Source: Myxococcota bacterium (GTDB lineage: Bacteria > Myxococcota > XYA12-FULL-58-9 > JALHOP01). Taken from it: 64,000 bases of DNA. The notes beneath the pieces are model-generated. The model was not told where the DNA came from and searched no databases. It was given only the letters and a program-made list of their open reading frames with translations. Below are positions 1 to 17,651 of this stretch, one piece after another (the first letter of the stretch is position 1; each line of letters begins with the position of its first letter). The position numbers and the translations under genes are program-made. Location: contig JBGGMJ010000099.1 of assembly GCA_041288095.1 (NCBI GenBank), forward strand, positions 1 to 64,000. Reading direction: 5' to 3'.

Positions 1-35
1 GAATGCCAGTAGCGCATAGCTCCGACCGCACGTTG

Positions 36-191
36 GTTGCGGCCCCGGGCGGTTCGGGCGGGGGTCAGCCCGCCCTCCACTTGCTATGGGCGCTTCGGAT
101 GGGGCCGCGGTGGTGTCGCTCGCGGCCGGTTCGAAGATCCCAATAGCAAGCGGAGGGCGGCACTCCGCCCGAGCCGCCGCGTAGCCGCAAC
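36..191 (+). other. Long imperfect inverted repeat forming a rod-like hairpin (candidate structured RNA or ssDNA element)
   Basis: Nested pairings: 36-43/184-191, 48-63/163-178, 70-90/139-160, 93-100/129-136, 103-110/120-127. Five G-U wobble pairs occur on the + strand versus one on the - strand. Confidence 0.65.
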
Positions 192-224
192 GCTCCCCCG
201 AACGAAGCGCGGTGGAAGCTGGCA

Positions 225-257
225 GTCGGGCTTCGCCCTTTCTTAGGCGAACCCGAC
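225..257. repeat. Short REP-like hairpin
   Basis: GTCGGG-C-TTCGCC pairs with GGCGAA-CCCGAC around an 8-nt loop. Confidence 0.45.
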
Positions 258-290
258 AGCCCCGCCGCGCGTCAGCGCGGAACAAGGGGC

Positions 291-323
291 AATAAACCGT
301 GTTTTCGCCTTGCGAAAACACGG
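291..323 (-). terminator. Rho-independent terminator of tRNA-Ser
   Basis: Perfect 12-bp stem CCGTGTTTTCGC/GCGAAAACACGG (297-308/312-323), followed on the - strand by TTTATT. Confidence 0.75.
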
Positions 324-407
324 AGCAGGAGGGATTCGAACCCCCGGTCGACTTTCGCCGACTTCGGTTTTCAAGACCGACGCCTTAAACCACTCGGCCA
401 CTGCTCC
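321..407 (-). tRNA. tRNA-Ser (anticodon UGA)
   Basis: Reverse complement reads GGAGCAG TGGCCGAGTGGTTTAAGGC ... TCGGT CT TGA AA ACCGA, then a long variable arm, GGTTCGAATCC and CTGCTCC-G. CCA is not encoded. Confidence 0.96.
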
Positions 408-454
408 GAACGGCTGGAGGATATACGGGTTTCAGTCCGTCGCTGGCAATCAAG

Positions 455-1207
455 TCATTCGACGTCGTTGGTGCCGCACATCGCGCTCCCCTCCCATGTC
501 TTTGCCGGCAACAGGCTGCTCAAACGCACGGTTTTCTTGCCGGTGTGGCTGGTTACGCGCGTCGAGGCCCGCTTCATTTCGCAGCAACCGCCGCCGCAGT
601 CGTGGACAGCCGTGAGGTAGAGATCCCAGCAGCCGGTGAAGAAGGGATCGTATTCCCAGGCGCCGGTCTGCACGGTGAGGTCGTAGTCCGGCCCATCGAC
701 CTCGAAGGTGCGCGTGCCGCCGACCGCGATGCTCGTGGGATCGCACGACGCATCGCCCTCGGTGAGCAGCTCCGTGGCATCGATGGTGAGGCGCACCAAG
801 GTGTTCATGCGCGACCAGTTACCGTCAGCGTCCTTGCCGCCGGGGAGGTCGTTGATGATCTCGAGCATGGCTGCGTCGGACGGCTCGTCGCCTTCGGGGC
901 CGAACTGCGCCGTCAGCGTCAGGTCGCCGTCGATCACCACGTTGGTCTCGGCGTTGTCGCTCGATAAACCTCCGCTATAGCGAACAAAGGCATTGCCGTT
1001 GGAGGGCTGCGCACGCAGCAGGACGTGGTCGCCGGCCGCGTAGGCCGGTCGGTCCGGCACGAAGGCCACTGAGCCGGAACCCGTAGGGCTCACGAAAGCG
1101 AGGATGCGATAACTCGCTTCGTCGTCCGCCTCGGCGGGGGCACTCCCGCATGCCACCGCCGAGACCACCCCGAGACCCAGAACCGTGCGCCACGAACCCT
1201 GCTGCAT
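455..1207 (-). CDS. Predicted lipoprotein with one InlB-B/bacterial-repeat-like beta domain and a Cys-rich C-terminal part
   Basis: Lipobox-like VSAVAC; repeat-type pattern YAAGDHVLLRAQPSNGNAFVRYSG...LTLTAQF. Confidence 0.7.
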   Translation of the reverse strand: MQQGSWRTVLGLGVVSAVACGSAPAEADDEASYRILAFVSPTGSGSVAFVPDRPAYAAGDHVLLRAQPSNGNAFVRYSGGLSSDNAETNVVIDGDLTLTAQFGPEGDEPSDAAMLEIINDLPGGKDADGNWSRMNTLVRLTIDATELLTEGDASCDPTSIAVGGTRTFEVDGPDYDLTVQTGAWEYDPFFTGCWDLYLTAVHDCGGGCCEMKRASTRVTSHTGKKTVRLSSLLPAKTWEGSAMCGTNDVE

Positions 1208-1350
1208 GCGCGCCTCCGGGACGTGAGCATTTCAAGTGGCGTGCCGAGTCGCGAGGGGACCAAACCGCATCGACGCGGCGTCGCAGCCCGTGACCACGAG
1301 CATGTGTCGCAAAACGCGACGCGAATTCGAAGAGCTCGGCGCCGCGCTGC

Positions 1351-7736
<6,386 letters not shown>

Positions 7737-7737
<1 letters not shown>

Positions 7738-8555
7738 CAATCGTCCTGGTCGTGAAACCTGCGCTTGAGCTGTTGGTACTGGTTGTACTGAGCGGCGAGC
7801 GCGGCCTCGTTGTGTTTCAGGTCACGAACCGAGATGTGCAGTGCCTTGAGCAGGCGCTTGAGCGCTTGTTGTTGAGTCGGCTGCTCCTTCGGAGCTTCAC
7901 GCTGACTGCCGGGCTCAGGGTCATACTTGCGTTTGAGGTCGAGGAAAGTGCTGTAGTCGTCGAGCGTCTTGAGCCCCGCGACGAGGACGTCGGCGCCTTC
8001 GATGCGGATGATACCCGCGCGCTCGAGCCGGGCGACGACCTCGCGGGCTTCCGTCGACGAGATGCCGGCGTGTGCCGCGATGTCGACGAGCGTCGTGTTT
8101 GCTGACAGGCGGATGTACTCGCCGGCGGCGACGCCGTTGGGCAGCAGCCAGCGCAGCACTTCGACGGCGCGGCCGACGCCGCTCTCGAGCAACAAGTGCT
8201 GCAGGCGTCGATCGAGCTCGCGCACGCGCGAGGCGAGCTTGCGCATGATGCGGACGGCGATCTCGACGTTGCCGCGCACCATCTCTTCGAAGGTGCGCAG
8301 GTCGACCTCGACGAGATCGGCTTCCTCGACCACCGTCGCGGTCGCGGAGCGGGGGAGATTCTCGAGCAGCGCCATCTCACCGAAGAACTCGCCGGGCCCG
8401 AGCACCGCGAGAACGATTTCGTGCTCGCCGTTGTGCCGCGCGATTTTCACCTTGCCGCGGCGAATGACGTACATGCGCGAACCCGGGTCGTACTCCTCGA
8501 AGAGCACGGTGCCTGCCGGGTAACTTCGCGTCAGCGCCGCAGTGGCCTCGCTCAT
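7737..8555 (-). CDS. Crp/Fnr-family cyclic-nucleotide-binding regulator
   Basis: GEFFGEMALL...PRSATA cNMP-binding motif plus a C-terminal HTH-like segment. GGAG RBS before ATG 8555. Confidence 0.88.
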
Positions 8556-8638
8556 ATCTCCACGCATAGCACCCACGCCCACTCCGACGCGACATAACGT
8601 CGGAGCGCGGTGGCCGCCCGAATCGAAACAGTTCTGCC

Positions 8639-9397
8639 CTATTGGTACAGCGTATAGAGCACGGCGCCAAAAACGTTGCAGAGTGCGTGGAAACAGATCG
8701 AGCCGAAAACCGACCCGGTGGCGTTGCGAAGCCAGGCAAACGCGAGAGCCGGGAAAAAAGGTCCTAGCCGCAAGGGGTTCCATTCACCGAGGTAATGGCC
8801 CAGGGCGAAGAGCAGGCAGGCAATGACGGCCGCCTTGCCCAAGGGCACGCCGAAGATCCGCGCCTTGGGCGGATAAAGGTGCTCGAGCTGGGGCTGCAGG
8901 TAGCCGCGGTAGAAGGTCTCCTCGGGCAGGGCGACGCCGATCAGATGGGTGGCCACGGTCTGGGTGAGCCACCAAGCGCCGGCCATGAGCGCCGCCGTGT
9001 CGGCTGGCCATCGCCACGCGAACACCTTGGCGGGCACATGCCGCGCGAGCTCGTGCAGACCAAAGAGGTCGAGCACTCCGTGCGCGCGGGTCACCAATAG
9101 GTGATATGCTATAGCATACAATGGTAGGATCGCGGCCGCGAACAGTAATACGTGCACGACATCGCGTCGCCACGCCGCTAGGTGCAGACCGACCCAGGTG
9201 ACGTCGCCGCCGTTCTTCTCGGCGCGGCGGATCGGCAAATAGAGCTGCAGCACCGCCGCCGCCGTTGCGGCCGCGACCCCGAGAAAAGGAATTCCCGCGA
9301 TCGGTTTCACGACCGTCAACGTCAGCAGCACCACGAGCGTGAGCTGCAAGGCGACCTTGGGCTCGACGAAGGCAGCTGGCGTGCGTGGCGCGTCCAC
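8639..9397 (-). CDS. CPBP (Abi/CAAX) intramembrane glutamic protease, myxosortase-like
   Basis: EETFYRG, FALGH and FHALCN motifs; RLGPFFPALAFAWLR segment; multiple TM helices. Confidence 0.85.
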   Translation of the reverse strand: MDAPRTPAAFVEPKVALQLTLVVLLTLTVVKPIAGIPFLGVAAATAAAVLQLYLPIRRAEKNGGDVTWVGLHLAAWRRDVVHVLLFAAAILPLYAIAYHLLVTRAHGVLDLFGLHELARHVPAKVFAWRWPADTAALMAGAWWLTQTVATHLIGVALPEETFYRGYLQPQLEHLYPPKARIFGVPLGKAAVIACLLFALGHYLGEWNPLRLGPFFPALAFAWLRNATGSVFGSICFHALCNVFGAVLYTLYQ

Positions 9398-9424
9398 GCA
9401 CCCGACCTATCACGAGGCCGCGAC

Positions 9425-10441
9425 CTATGCCGCTTTCTTCAGCTCTGCTCCCTTGCTCTTCTCGAGGATCTCCTGCCGCAGCGTCGCAGCGAGCTTGGCG
9501 TCGGCCTCGATCGCCAACGCCGTACGCTCGCGACCCTGGCCGAGCTGCTTTTCGCCATGGGCAATCCACGCCCCCGTCCGCGTTAGCACACCGCTCTCGA
9601 GCCCCTGGTCGACGAGGTCGCCCGGCGCCCAGAAACCCCGGCCATACAAGACGTCGAGCTCCACCTCGCGGAATGGCGGCGCGAGCTTGTTCTTCACCAC
9701 CTTCACGCGCGTACGGTTGCCGATGACCTTCTCGCCGTCCTTGATCGGCGACATGCGGCGCACCTCGACGCGCACCGAGGCATAGAACTTCAACGCGTTG
9801 CCGCCGGTCGTGACCTCGGGGTTGCCGAAGACGACGCCGATCTTCTGGCGCAGCTGGTTGATGAACAGCATCGTGGTGCGGCTCTTGTTGGCGACGCCGG
9901 TGAGCTTGCGCATGGCCTGACTCATCAAGCGTGCCTGCAGGCCCATGTGTGCGTCGCCCATCTCGCCTTCGATCTCGGCGCGCGGCACCAGGGCCGCCAC
10001 CGAGTCGAGCACCAAGATGTCGATCGACCCGGAGCGCACCAGCGTTTCGCAGATCTCGAGCGCTTGCTCGCCGCTGTCGGGTTGCGACACCAGGAGCTGA
10101 TCGAGGTCGACCCCGAGCTTCTGCGCGTAGCGCACGTCGAACGCATGCTCGGCGTCGATGAAGGCGCAGATGCCGCCGGTCTTCTGCGCCTCGGCGATGG
10201 CGTGCAAGGCGAGCGTCGTTTTGCCCGACGACTCGGGCCCGAAGATCTCGACGATGCGCCCGCGCGGGAAGCCGCCCACCCCGAGCGCCAGATCGACACC
10301 GATGCTCCCCGACGGGATCACCAGCGTCGGCTCGAGCGTCTCGCGCTCCCCCATGCGCATGATCGACCCCTTGCCGAACTGCTTTTCGATGGCGCTGATC
10401 GCCTCTTTCACGACCTTCAGCTTCTCGGTGATGCTGCTCAT
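9425..10441 (-). CDS. recA: Recombinase RecA
   Basis: [28 protein letters not shown] and [10 protein letters not shown] motifs. Confidence 0.98.
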   Translation of the reverse strand: MSSITEKLKVVKEAISAIEKQFGKGSIMRMGERETLEPTLVIPSGSIGVDLALGVGGFPRGRIVEIFGPESSGKTTLALHAIAEAQKTGGICAFIDAEHAFDVRYAQKLGVDLDQLLVSQPDSGEQALEICETLVRSGSIDILVLDSVAALVPRAEIEGEMGDAHMGLQARLMSQAMRKLTGVANKSRTTMLFINQLRQKIGVVFGNPEVTTGGNALKFYASVRVEVRRMSPIKDGEKVIGNRTRVKVVKNKLAPPFREVELDVLYGRGFWAPGDLVDQGLESGVLTRTGAWIAHGEKQLGQGRERTALAIEADAKLAATLRQEILEKSKGAELKKAA

Positions 10442-10494
10442 GCGAGCCTCCTGGGGTGGAGCTTCGCAATCGCGGTGCCAACGCCGGAGCCCGT

Positions 10495-10560
10495 AAAACG
10501 CGCCTCAGCGGGTCCCGCGCGATCGGCCGGCAGCGCGTGTGTCATGTTGAGACGCGTTTT
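10495..10560. promoter_or_regulatory. 13-bp inverted repeat in the divergent recA/dnaG intergenic region
   Basis: AAAACGCGCCTCA (10495-10507) versus TGAGACGCGTTTT (10548-10560), one mismatch, 40-nt spacer. Confidence 0.45.
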
Positions 10561-10581
10561 TTCGTCTAGTATGGGCGCGCC

Positions 10582-12465
10582 GTGATCGACTCCGACAAAA
10601 TCGAGGCCATCCGTAGCCGAGCCGACATCGTGCGCATCATCGGCGCTCACGTGCAGCTGCGGCGCCAGGGCCAGCGCTTCACCGGCCTCTGCCCCTTTCA
10701 CGGCGAAAAGAGCCCGAGCTTTTCGGTCTCGGCCGACAAGGGCCTCTTTTATTGCTTCGGCTGCCATGCCCGCGGCGACGTCTTCAGCTTCGTCGAGCAG
10801 ATGCAGGGGCTCGACTTCATCTCCGCGGCGCGCTGGTTGGCGAAGGAGGTTGGCGTCGAGCTCGAGCCCGAGTCGCCGGCCGAGGCCAAGAAGCGCTCGC
10901 TCGAAAAAGGCGTGGCCGAGGTCAATCGCTACGCCCTGGCGTTCTTCCAGCACGAGCTCTGGGCCAAGGACGGCGTGGTCGCGCGCAAGTACCTCGAGGA
11001 CCGCGGCATCCCCGAGGAGCAAGCGCGCGAGCGGGGCTTGGGCTTCGGCGCCGCTCCCGGGAAGCTCCTCGCTTTTCTTCAGGCCAAGAAGGTGGCGTTC
11101 GACGGCGCCAAGGCCGCCGGCTTGCTCAACGATCAAGGCGACCGCTGCCTCTTCGACGAGCGGCTCATTTTCCCGATCGTCGACCAGAATGGGCGCATCG
11201 CTGGTTTCGGCGGCCGCTGGCTCGGCGACACCAAGATCGACGGCGAGCGCACGCGCCCGAAGTACGTGAACACGCGCGAGAGCCCGCTCTTCAGCAAGCG
11301 GACGCTCCTCTACGGTTGGGATGTGGCGCAGCCGGCGGTGCGGCGGCTCAAGCGTGTCACCATCTGCGAGGGTTACACCGACGTCCTCGCGTGCCAGCGC
11401 GCCGGCATCGACGATGCTGTTGCGGCGCTCGGCACCGCCTTCACCTCTGAGCATGCGAGCCTCGTCAAGCGTCTCGCGAACGACGCCATCATCTTGCTCG
11501 ACAGCGATGCGGCCGGTGAGCGTGCGAGCAAGGAGGCCGCCGAGAAGTGCATCGCGGCCGGCTTGAAGACGCTCATTGCTCCGCTGCCCGCGGGTGATGA
11601 CCCCGACAGCGTCGTGCGCAAGAGCGGCGCCAAGACCCTCGGTCACTACGTCAACAACGCCAAGCCCGCGGTCGAGCACTTCATCGATCGCGCCTTCGCC
11701 AACGCCGCCATGGGCGTCGAAGACAAGGCGCGCGCCGCGCTCGCCCTTTGGCCACTTTTCAAGGCGCTCGGGCCGAGTCTCGAGCGCGACCTTTATCTCG
11801 CACAGCTCGCCAACAAGGTCGGTATCGAGCAGTCACAGCTCGAGCGGAGAATGGCGGCTCAGGAGCAGGAAGACCGCAGGAGCCAGCGAGCCCAGCGGCC
11901 GCCCGACGGCCGAGGACCGAGAGCTGACGGTCGCTCACCGACGGCCGATGGCCGGGAGCCGACAGGCGATAGCCGAGAGCCGATGACCGACGGGCCGCTG
12001 CCGACCGAAAGGCCCAAGCCTGCGCCGCAGCCGACGGACGACGAGCTGCGCGCCATCACCGAGCTGCTCATTTACCCGTCGCTGCGCAACCGGCTTTCCG
12101 AGCTTTCCACCTTTGCATCCGCGCCGCTGCTGCCCATCATAGAGGCGCTCAGCAGCTCGGCCGACCCCGCCCACGAGATTCTGACCCGGCATGGGGTCGC
12201 TTCCCGTTGGGTCAAGCAGGCCGAGAAAGCACTCACGGTGCTTAACGGGGCGCCCGTGAACGATGATTCGAACCTGGAGGATCGGGCTCAGCGTACATTT
12301 GGCGACGTTCTGCGGAATTTCGAGCGGCGTGCCGCCCGCGGCCGCAAGCACGCAATAGAAGAGGCGATTCGGGAAGCCGAAGCGCGCGGAGAGTCGACGA
12401 GCGAGCTGGAAATCCAGCGCAGAGACTTGACGTTGCGCCAGCGCGAGCTAAAACCGCGCGATTGA
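10582..12465 (+). CDS. dnaG: DNA primase
   Basis: Zinc finger CPFH...CFGC, PKYVN, TOPRIM EGYTD and DSDAAG; directly upstream of rpoD. Confidence 0.97.
   Translation: MIDSDKIEAIRSRADIVRIIGAHVQLRRQGQRFTGLCPFHGEKSPSFSVSADKGLFYCFGCHARGDVFSFVEQMQGLDFISAARWLAKEVGVELEPESPAEAKKRSLEKGVAEVNRYALAFFQHELWAKDGVVARKYLEDRGIPEEQARERGLGFGAAPGKLLAFLQAKKVAFDGAKAAGLLNDQGDRCLFDERLIFPIVDQNGRIAGFGGRWLGDTKIDGERTRPKYVNTRESPLFSKRTLLYGWDVAQPAVRRLKRVTICEGYTDVLACQRAGIDDAVAALGTAFTSEHASLVKRLANDAIILLDSDAAGERASKEAAEKCIAAGLKTLIAPLPAGDDPDSVVRKSGAKTLGHYVNNAKPAVEHFIDRAFANAAMGVEDKARAALALWPLFKALGPSLERDLYLAQLANKVGIEQSQLERRMAAQEQEDRRSQRAQRPPDGRGPRADGRSPTADGREPTGDSREPMTDGPLPTERPKPAPQPTDDELRAITELLIYPSLRNRLSELSTFASAPLLPIIEALSSSADPAHEILTRHGVASRWVKQAEKALTVLNGAPVNDDSNLEDRAQRTFGDVLRNFERRAARGRKHAIEEAIREAEARGESTSELEIQRRDLTLRQRELKPRD
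11902..11992 (+). repeat. Degenerate 7-nt tandem repeat (about 13 units, consensus RCCGANR) inside the dnaG linker
   Basis: cccgacg gccgagg accgaga gctgacg gtcgctc accgacg gccgatg gccggga gccgaca ggcgata gccgaga gccgatg accgacg. Confidence 0.7.
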
Positions 12466-12582
12466 TCGCCGAAACAGCACGTACGACGTAGGCAGCGGCG
12501 CACCCGCTGTGATACGTGCGGGCCCCAATTTTCATGTCCGAAAGCGCGCGCCGTAGAGGTGCGCCAAAGGCTCGTGACAACG

Positions 12583-14640
<2,058 letters not shown>

Positions 14641-14707
14641 GGGTTTCCCAGGTCCGCGAAAAGTCGTGCGGTGCCAGCGCTGCACTCGAATTCGTGGTGA
14701 CATGGCG

Positions 14708-14734
14708 GCAACACGCCGCGTGCCGACTCGATAC
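14708..14734 (+). promoter_or_regulatory. Putative alternative-sigma promoter, strong copy (GCAACA-N14-TCGATAC)
   Basis: Ends 11 nt before the ggt ATG; same motif and spacing as the copies at 19082-19108 and 33328-33354. Confidence 0.6.
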
Positions 14735-14745
14735 ACCCCCCCTGC

Positions 14746-16554
14746 ATGGCGCGTATCGACTCGCACGGTGATGGTGTTGTTGGGCAGGTAACCTCGAAGG
14801 CAGCCCGCGCGGTCGACGTTTCGACCTCGGGTGGGCCGGCGAAGCCGCCGATGCGGCGAGTTGGTTTCACCGCGACCGACGGCATGGAAGCGCCAAGGCT
14901 CTTCGAGATGGCGCCGACCATGGTGCACAAGCGCTCGGTCGTCTACGCGACCGGCGGCATGGTCGCGGCCTCGCACCCGCAGGCCGTGCAAATCGGCGTC
15001 GACATACTCAAGAAGGGTGGCTCGGCCATCGACGCGGCGCTCGCCACCAACATCGCTCTTGGAGTGATGGAGCCCGGCATGTGCGGCATGGGCGGCGACC
15101 TCTTCGCCATCGTCTGGGACAACAAGGCGAAGCGCCTCTACGGCTTGAATGCCTCAGGTCGCAGTCCGCTAAAGCTTACAGCCGATAAGGTACAGCCGGG
15201 TCCCGACGGTACTATCCCCATCGCCGGCCCCGCGTCGATGTCCGTTCCCGGCGCCGTCGATGGGTGGGCAAAGCTGCACCAGCGTTTCGGCAAGCTCGAC
15301 TGGGCCGAGCTCTTCAAGCCCGCTATCGCGGCCGCCGAAGACGGGGTTCCCGTGGCGCCGGTCGTGGCCAAGGAGTGGGATTGGCCGGGTTGGCTCCCCA
15401 AGGTGAAGGATCACCACGGTTTCGCCGAGACCTTCCTGCCGAACGGCAAGCTGCCGAAGCCCGGTCAGATCTTTCGCAATCCCGAGCTCGCGAAGTCCCT
15501 GCGTCTGGTTGCGGAAGGCGGTCGCGATGCCTTCTACAAAGGTCAGATCGCTCGCGACATCGTCGCGGTCGCAGGCAAAGTCTCCGGCTTCTTTTCGCTC
15601 GCCGACTTCGATCGCGAGCATGCCGAGTGGGTCGAGCCCGTCGGTAGCACCTTCGGCGGCACCACGGTGTGGCAGCTCCCGCCCAACTGTCAGGGCGTCG
15701 TCGCCTTGCAGATGCTCAACATCCTCGAGTGCTTCGACTTGAAGAGCATCGGCCGCGACTCGCCGCTCTACTGGCACATCCTCATCGAAGCGAAGAAGCT
15801 CGCCTTCGAAGATCGCGCGCGTCACTACGCCGATCCCGACTTCGCGAAGATCCCAATCGCCACGCTGGTCTCGAAGGAGTACGCGAAGAAGCAAGCCGCG
15901 CGCATCGATCTCGACAAGGCCGCCGACCGCTATGAGGGCGACCCTGTCCTCGATCGCGGAGACACGACGTACCTCTCCGTCGCCGATAAAGACGGCAACA
16001 TGGTGTCGCTCATCCAGAGCAACTTCATGCCGTTCGGCAGCGGCAACGTGGTGGGCGGGTTTGGCATCCAGAATCGCGGCGCGCTCTTCAACTTGAAGCC
16101 CGGCCACCCCAACTCACTCGTGCCCGGTAAGCGCCCCTTCAACACCATCATGCCTGGCTTCGTGACCAAGGATGGCAAGCCGCTGATGTCTTTCGGCGTC
16201 ATGGGCGGCAACATGCAGCCGCTCGGTCACATGCAGGTGCTCGTCAATCACCTCCTCTTCGGCGACGACATCCAGGTCGCGAGCGACCGGCCGCGTTTCC
16301 AGCACGAGGGGTCCTCCGAGCCGACCGGTCCCGAGATGAAGACCGGCGGCGTGCTCTTTCTCGAGCAGGGCGTGCCCGACTACATCCGCGAGGGTCTCGC
16401 GGCGCGCGGCCACAAGGTTCAACCCGCTGGCGGCTACTTCGGTGGCTGCCAGATCGTGAAGGCGACGCCCGACGGTTACGAAGGCGCGAGCGAGTCGCGC
16501 AAGGACGGCTTGGCGCTTGGCTACAACGTTCCCAAGCGCGACCGCGTGTCCTGA
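14746..16554 (+). CDS. ggt: Gamma-glutamyltransferase family (Ntn hydrolase) with a roughly 60-aa non-Sec N-terminal leader
   Basis: GMVAASHP, GGSAIDAA, GMGGDLF, SVPGAVDGW, catalytic Thr in GDTTYLS, PGKRP and GVMGG motifs. Confidence 0.93.
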   Translation: MARIDSHGDGVVGQVTSKAARAVDVSTSGGPAKPPMRRVGFTATDGMEAPRLFEMAPTMVHKRSVVYATGGMVAASHPQAVQIGVDILKKGGSAIDAALATNIALGVMEPGMCGMGGDLFAIVWDNKAKRLYGLNASGRSPLKLTADKVQPGPDGTIPIAGPASMSVPGAVDGWAKLHQRFGKLDWAELFKPAIAAAEDGVPVAPVVAKEWDWPGWLPKVKDHHGFAETFLPNGKLPKPGQIFRNPELAKSLRLVAEGGRDAFYKGQIARDIVAVAGKVSGFFSLADFDREHAEWVEPVGSTFGGTTVWQLPPNCQGVVALQMLNILECFDLKSIGRDSPLYWHILIEAKKLAFEDRARHYADPDFAKIPIATLVSKEYAKKQAARIDLDKAADRYEGDPVLDRGDTTYLSVADKDGNMVSLIQSNFMPFGSGNVVGGFGIQNRGALFNLKPGHPNSLVPGKRPFNTIMPGFVTKDGKPLMSFGVMGGNMQPLGHMQVLVNHLLFGDDIQVASDRPRFQHEGSSEPTGPEMKTGGVLFLEQGVPDYIREGLAARGHKVQPAGGYFGGCQIVKATPDGYEGASESRKDGLALGYNVPKRDRVS

Positions 16555-16576
16555 CATCACGTCGGGTTACACCTCG

Positions 16577-16604
16577 GCACCCGCGTTAACCACGCGACCG
16601 ATAT
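16577..16604 (+). promoter_or_regulatory. Degenerate copy of the alternative-sigma motif (GCACCC-N15-CCGATAT)
   Basis: Lies 32 nt upstream of the ATG at 16637. Confidence 0.4.
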
Positions 16605-16636
16605 TGCCCGCCTAACCGCCGCAATTGAGGTTCGTC

Positions 16637-17026
16637 ATGGAATCGTCGCGTACTCCTGCTTCTGCTCCCTCGGGTCCCGTCATCTGCCCTCGACCGATCA
16701 CGGTCGTCGTCGATGGCCAAAAAATCAACGGCACGACCGTCACGGTCGCGTTCGGCAACAAGCTGGTGGTCGAGCTGCCGAAACAGCCGGCCAACGGCTA
16801 CAAATGGGGCGTGAGCTCGGTGCCGCGCGAGCTTGGTCAGCCGACGGTTGAAAACTCCGGTGGCGACCGCAAGGCGGGCGGCAGCAAAGGCAGCACCACC
16901 TTCACGTGGGCGATCGGTGGTCCGCTCATTCAGGCGGGCGTGAGCTACGAGGTTACCATCGGCCTCAAGCGTCCTTGGGAAGCGAAGGCGGCCGAGACCA
17001 TCGTCTTCAAAGTCAAAGTCGCCTAG
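16637..17026 (+). CDS. Chagasin-like cysteine protease inhibitor (I42 family)
   Basis: LVVELPKQPANGYKW, GG...TFTW and KRPWE match the chagasin loop motifs NPxTGYxW, GxGG and RPWE. Confidence 0.75.
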   Translation: MESSRTPASAPSGPVICPRPITVVVDGQKINGTTVTVAFGNKLVVELPKQPANGYKWGVSSVPRELGQPTVENSGGDRKAGGSKGSTTFTWAIGGPLIQAGVSYEVTIGLKRPWEAKAAETIVFKVKVA

Positions 17027-17030
17027 GCGA

Positions 17031-17651
17031 TCAGCGGAACTGCGCGAGGTAGCTCTGCAGCTCGGTGAACGAGGTGATCGCCTTAGCGGACGGCGCCTCG
17101 ACGAGCGGGCGATTGTAGCCACGGCTCGAATCGAGCATGCCAGCGTAGATGCGACCATGCACGGCGAGGGTGTACGCGACCTCGTCGGCGTCCAAGCGCC
17201 AATGGCGTCTGACGTTGTCGATCTTCTCGGAGATCGGCACCGGCGCGATTGCGAAACCGATGCCGGCCTTCTTCGCGGCGTCGATTTGCCGCCGCATGGT
17301 CCGCACCTCGTCGAACGAGAGTTTACCGTAGGCCGCTTGAATCTCCGGGAGACTCTTCGCACGTGTGCGCCGGGAATCCGCGCTCTCGCCGTACGCGCGG
17401 CTGCTCTCCACGCCTTCGATGACTAGCGCGACACCGCTCGTGCCGATGAGAGCGCCGGCAACACCCGCCGCGAGGCAATAAGGCAGGGCGAGGCGCAAGA
17501 GCCGCTTCCCCTTGCTGGGACGCGCCTTCGGGGCGGCGACGGTCGCGGGAACGCGGTCGCTGCTATCGGCGACCATCTGGGGGACGCCAACGTCGAACGC
17601 CGTGGACGGCGGGTTGCCTTGGGCACGCGAAACCGTGCTGGTGCTCGTCAT
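17031..17651 (-). CDS. Hypothetical protein, paralog 1 of a tandem triplet (leader, TM helix, HGR domain)
   Basis: C-terminal LAVHGRIYAG...SAKAITSFTELQSYL is shared with the two upstream ORFs. Confidence 0.8.
   Translation of the reverse strand: MTSTSTVSRAQGNPPSTAFDVGVPQMVADSSDRVPATVAAPKARPSKGKRLLRLALPYCLAAGVAGALIGTSGVALVIEGVESSRAYGESADSRRTRAKSLPEIQAAYGKLSFDEVRTMRRQIDAAKKAGIGFAIAPVPISEKIDNVRRHWRLDADEVAYTLAVHGRIYAGMLDSSRGYNRPLVEAPSAKAITSFTELQSYLAQFR

Noticed and set aside
1..296. SRP RNA (ffs), 6S RNA or a confident retron msr-msd call for the hairpin region
   Set aside because: No SRP domain-IV motif (CAGG...GGAAG.AGCAG) on either strand, no large central bubble typical of 6S, and no a1/a2 repeat or RT gene visible. 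Kept only as an unexplained structure.
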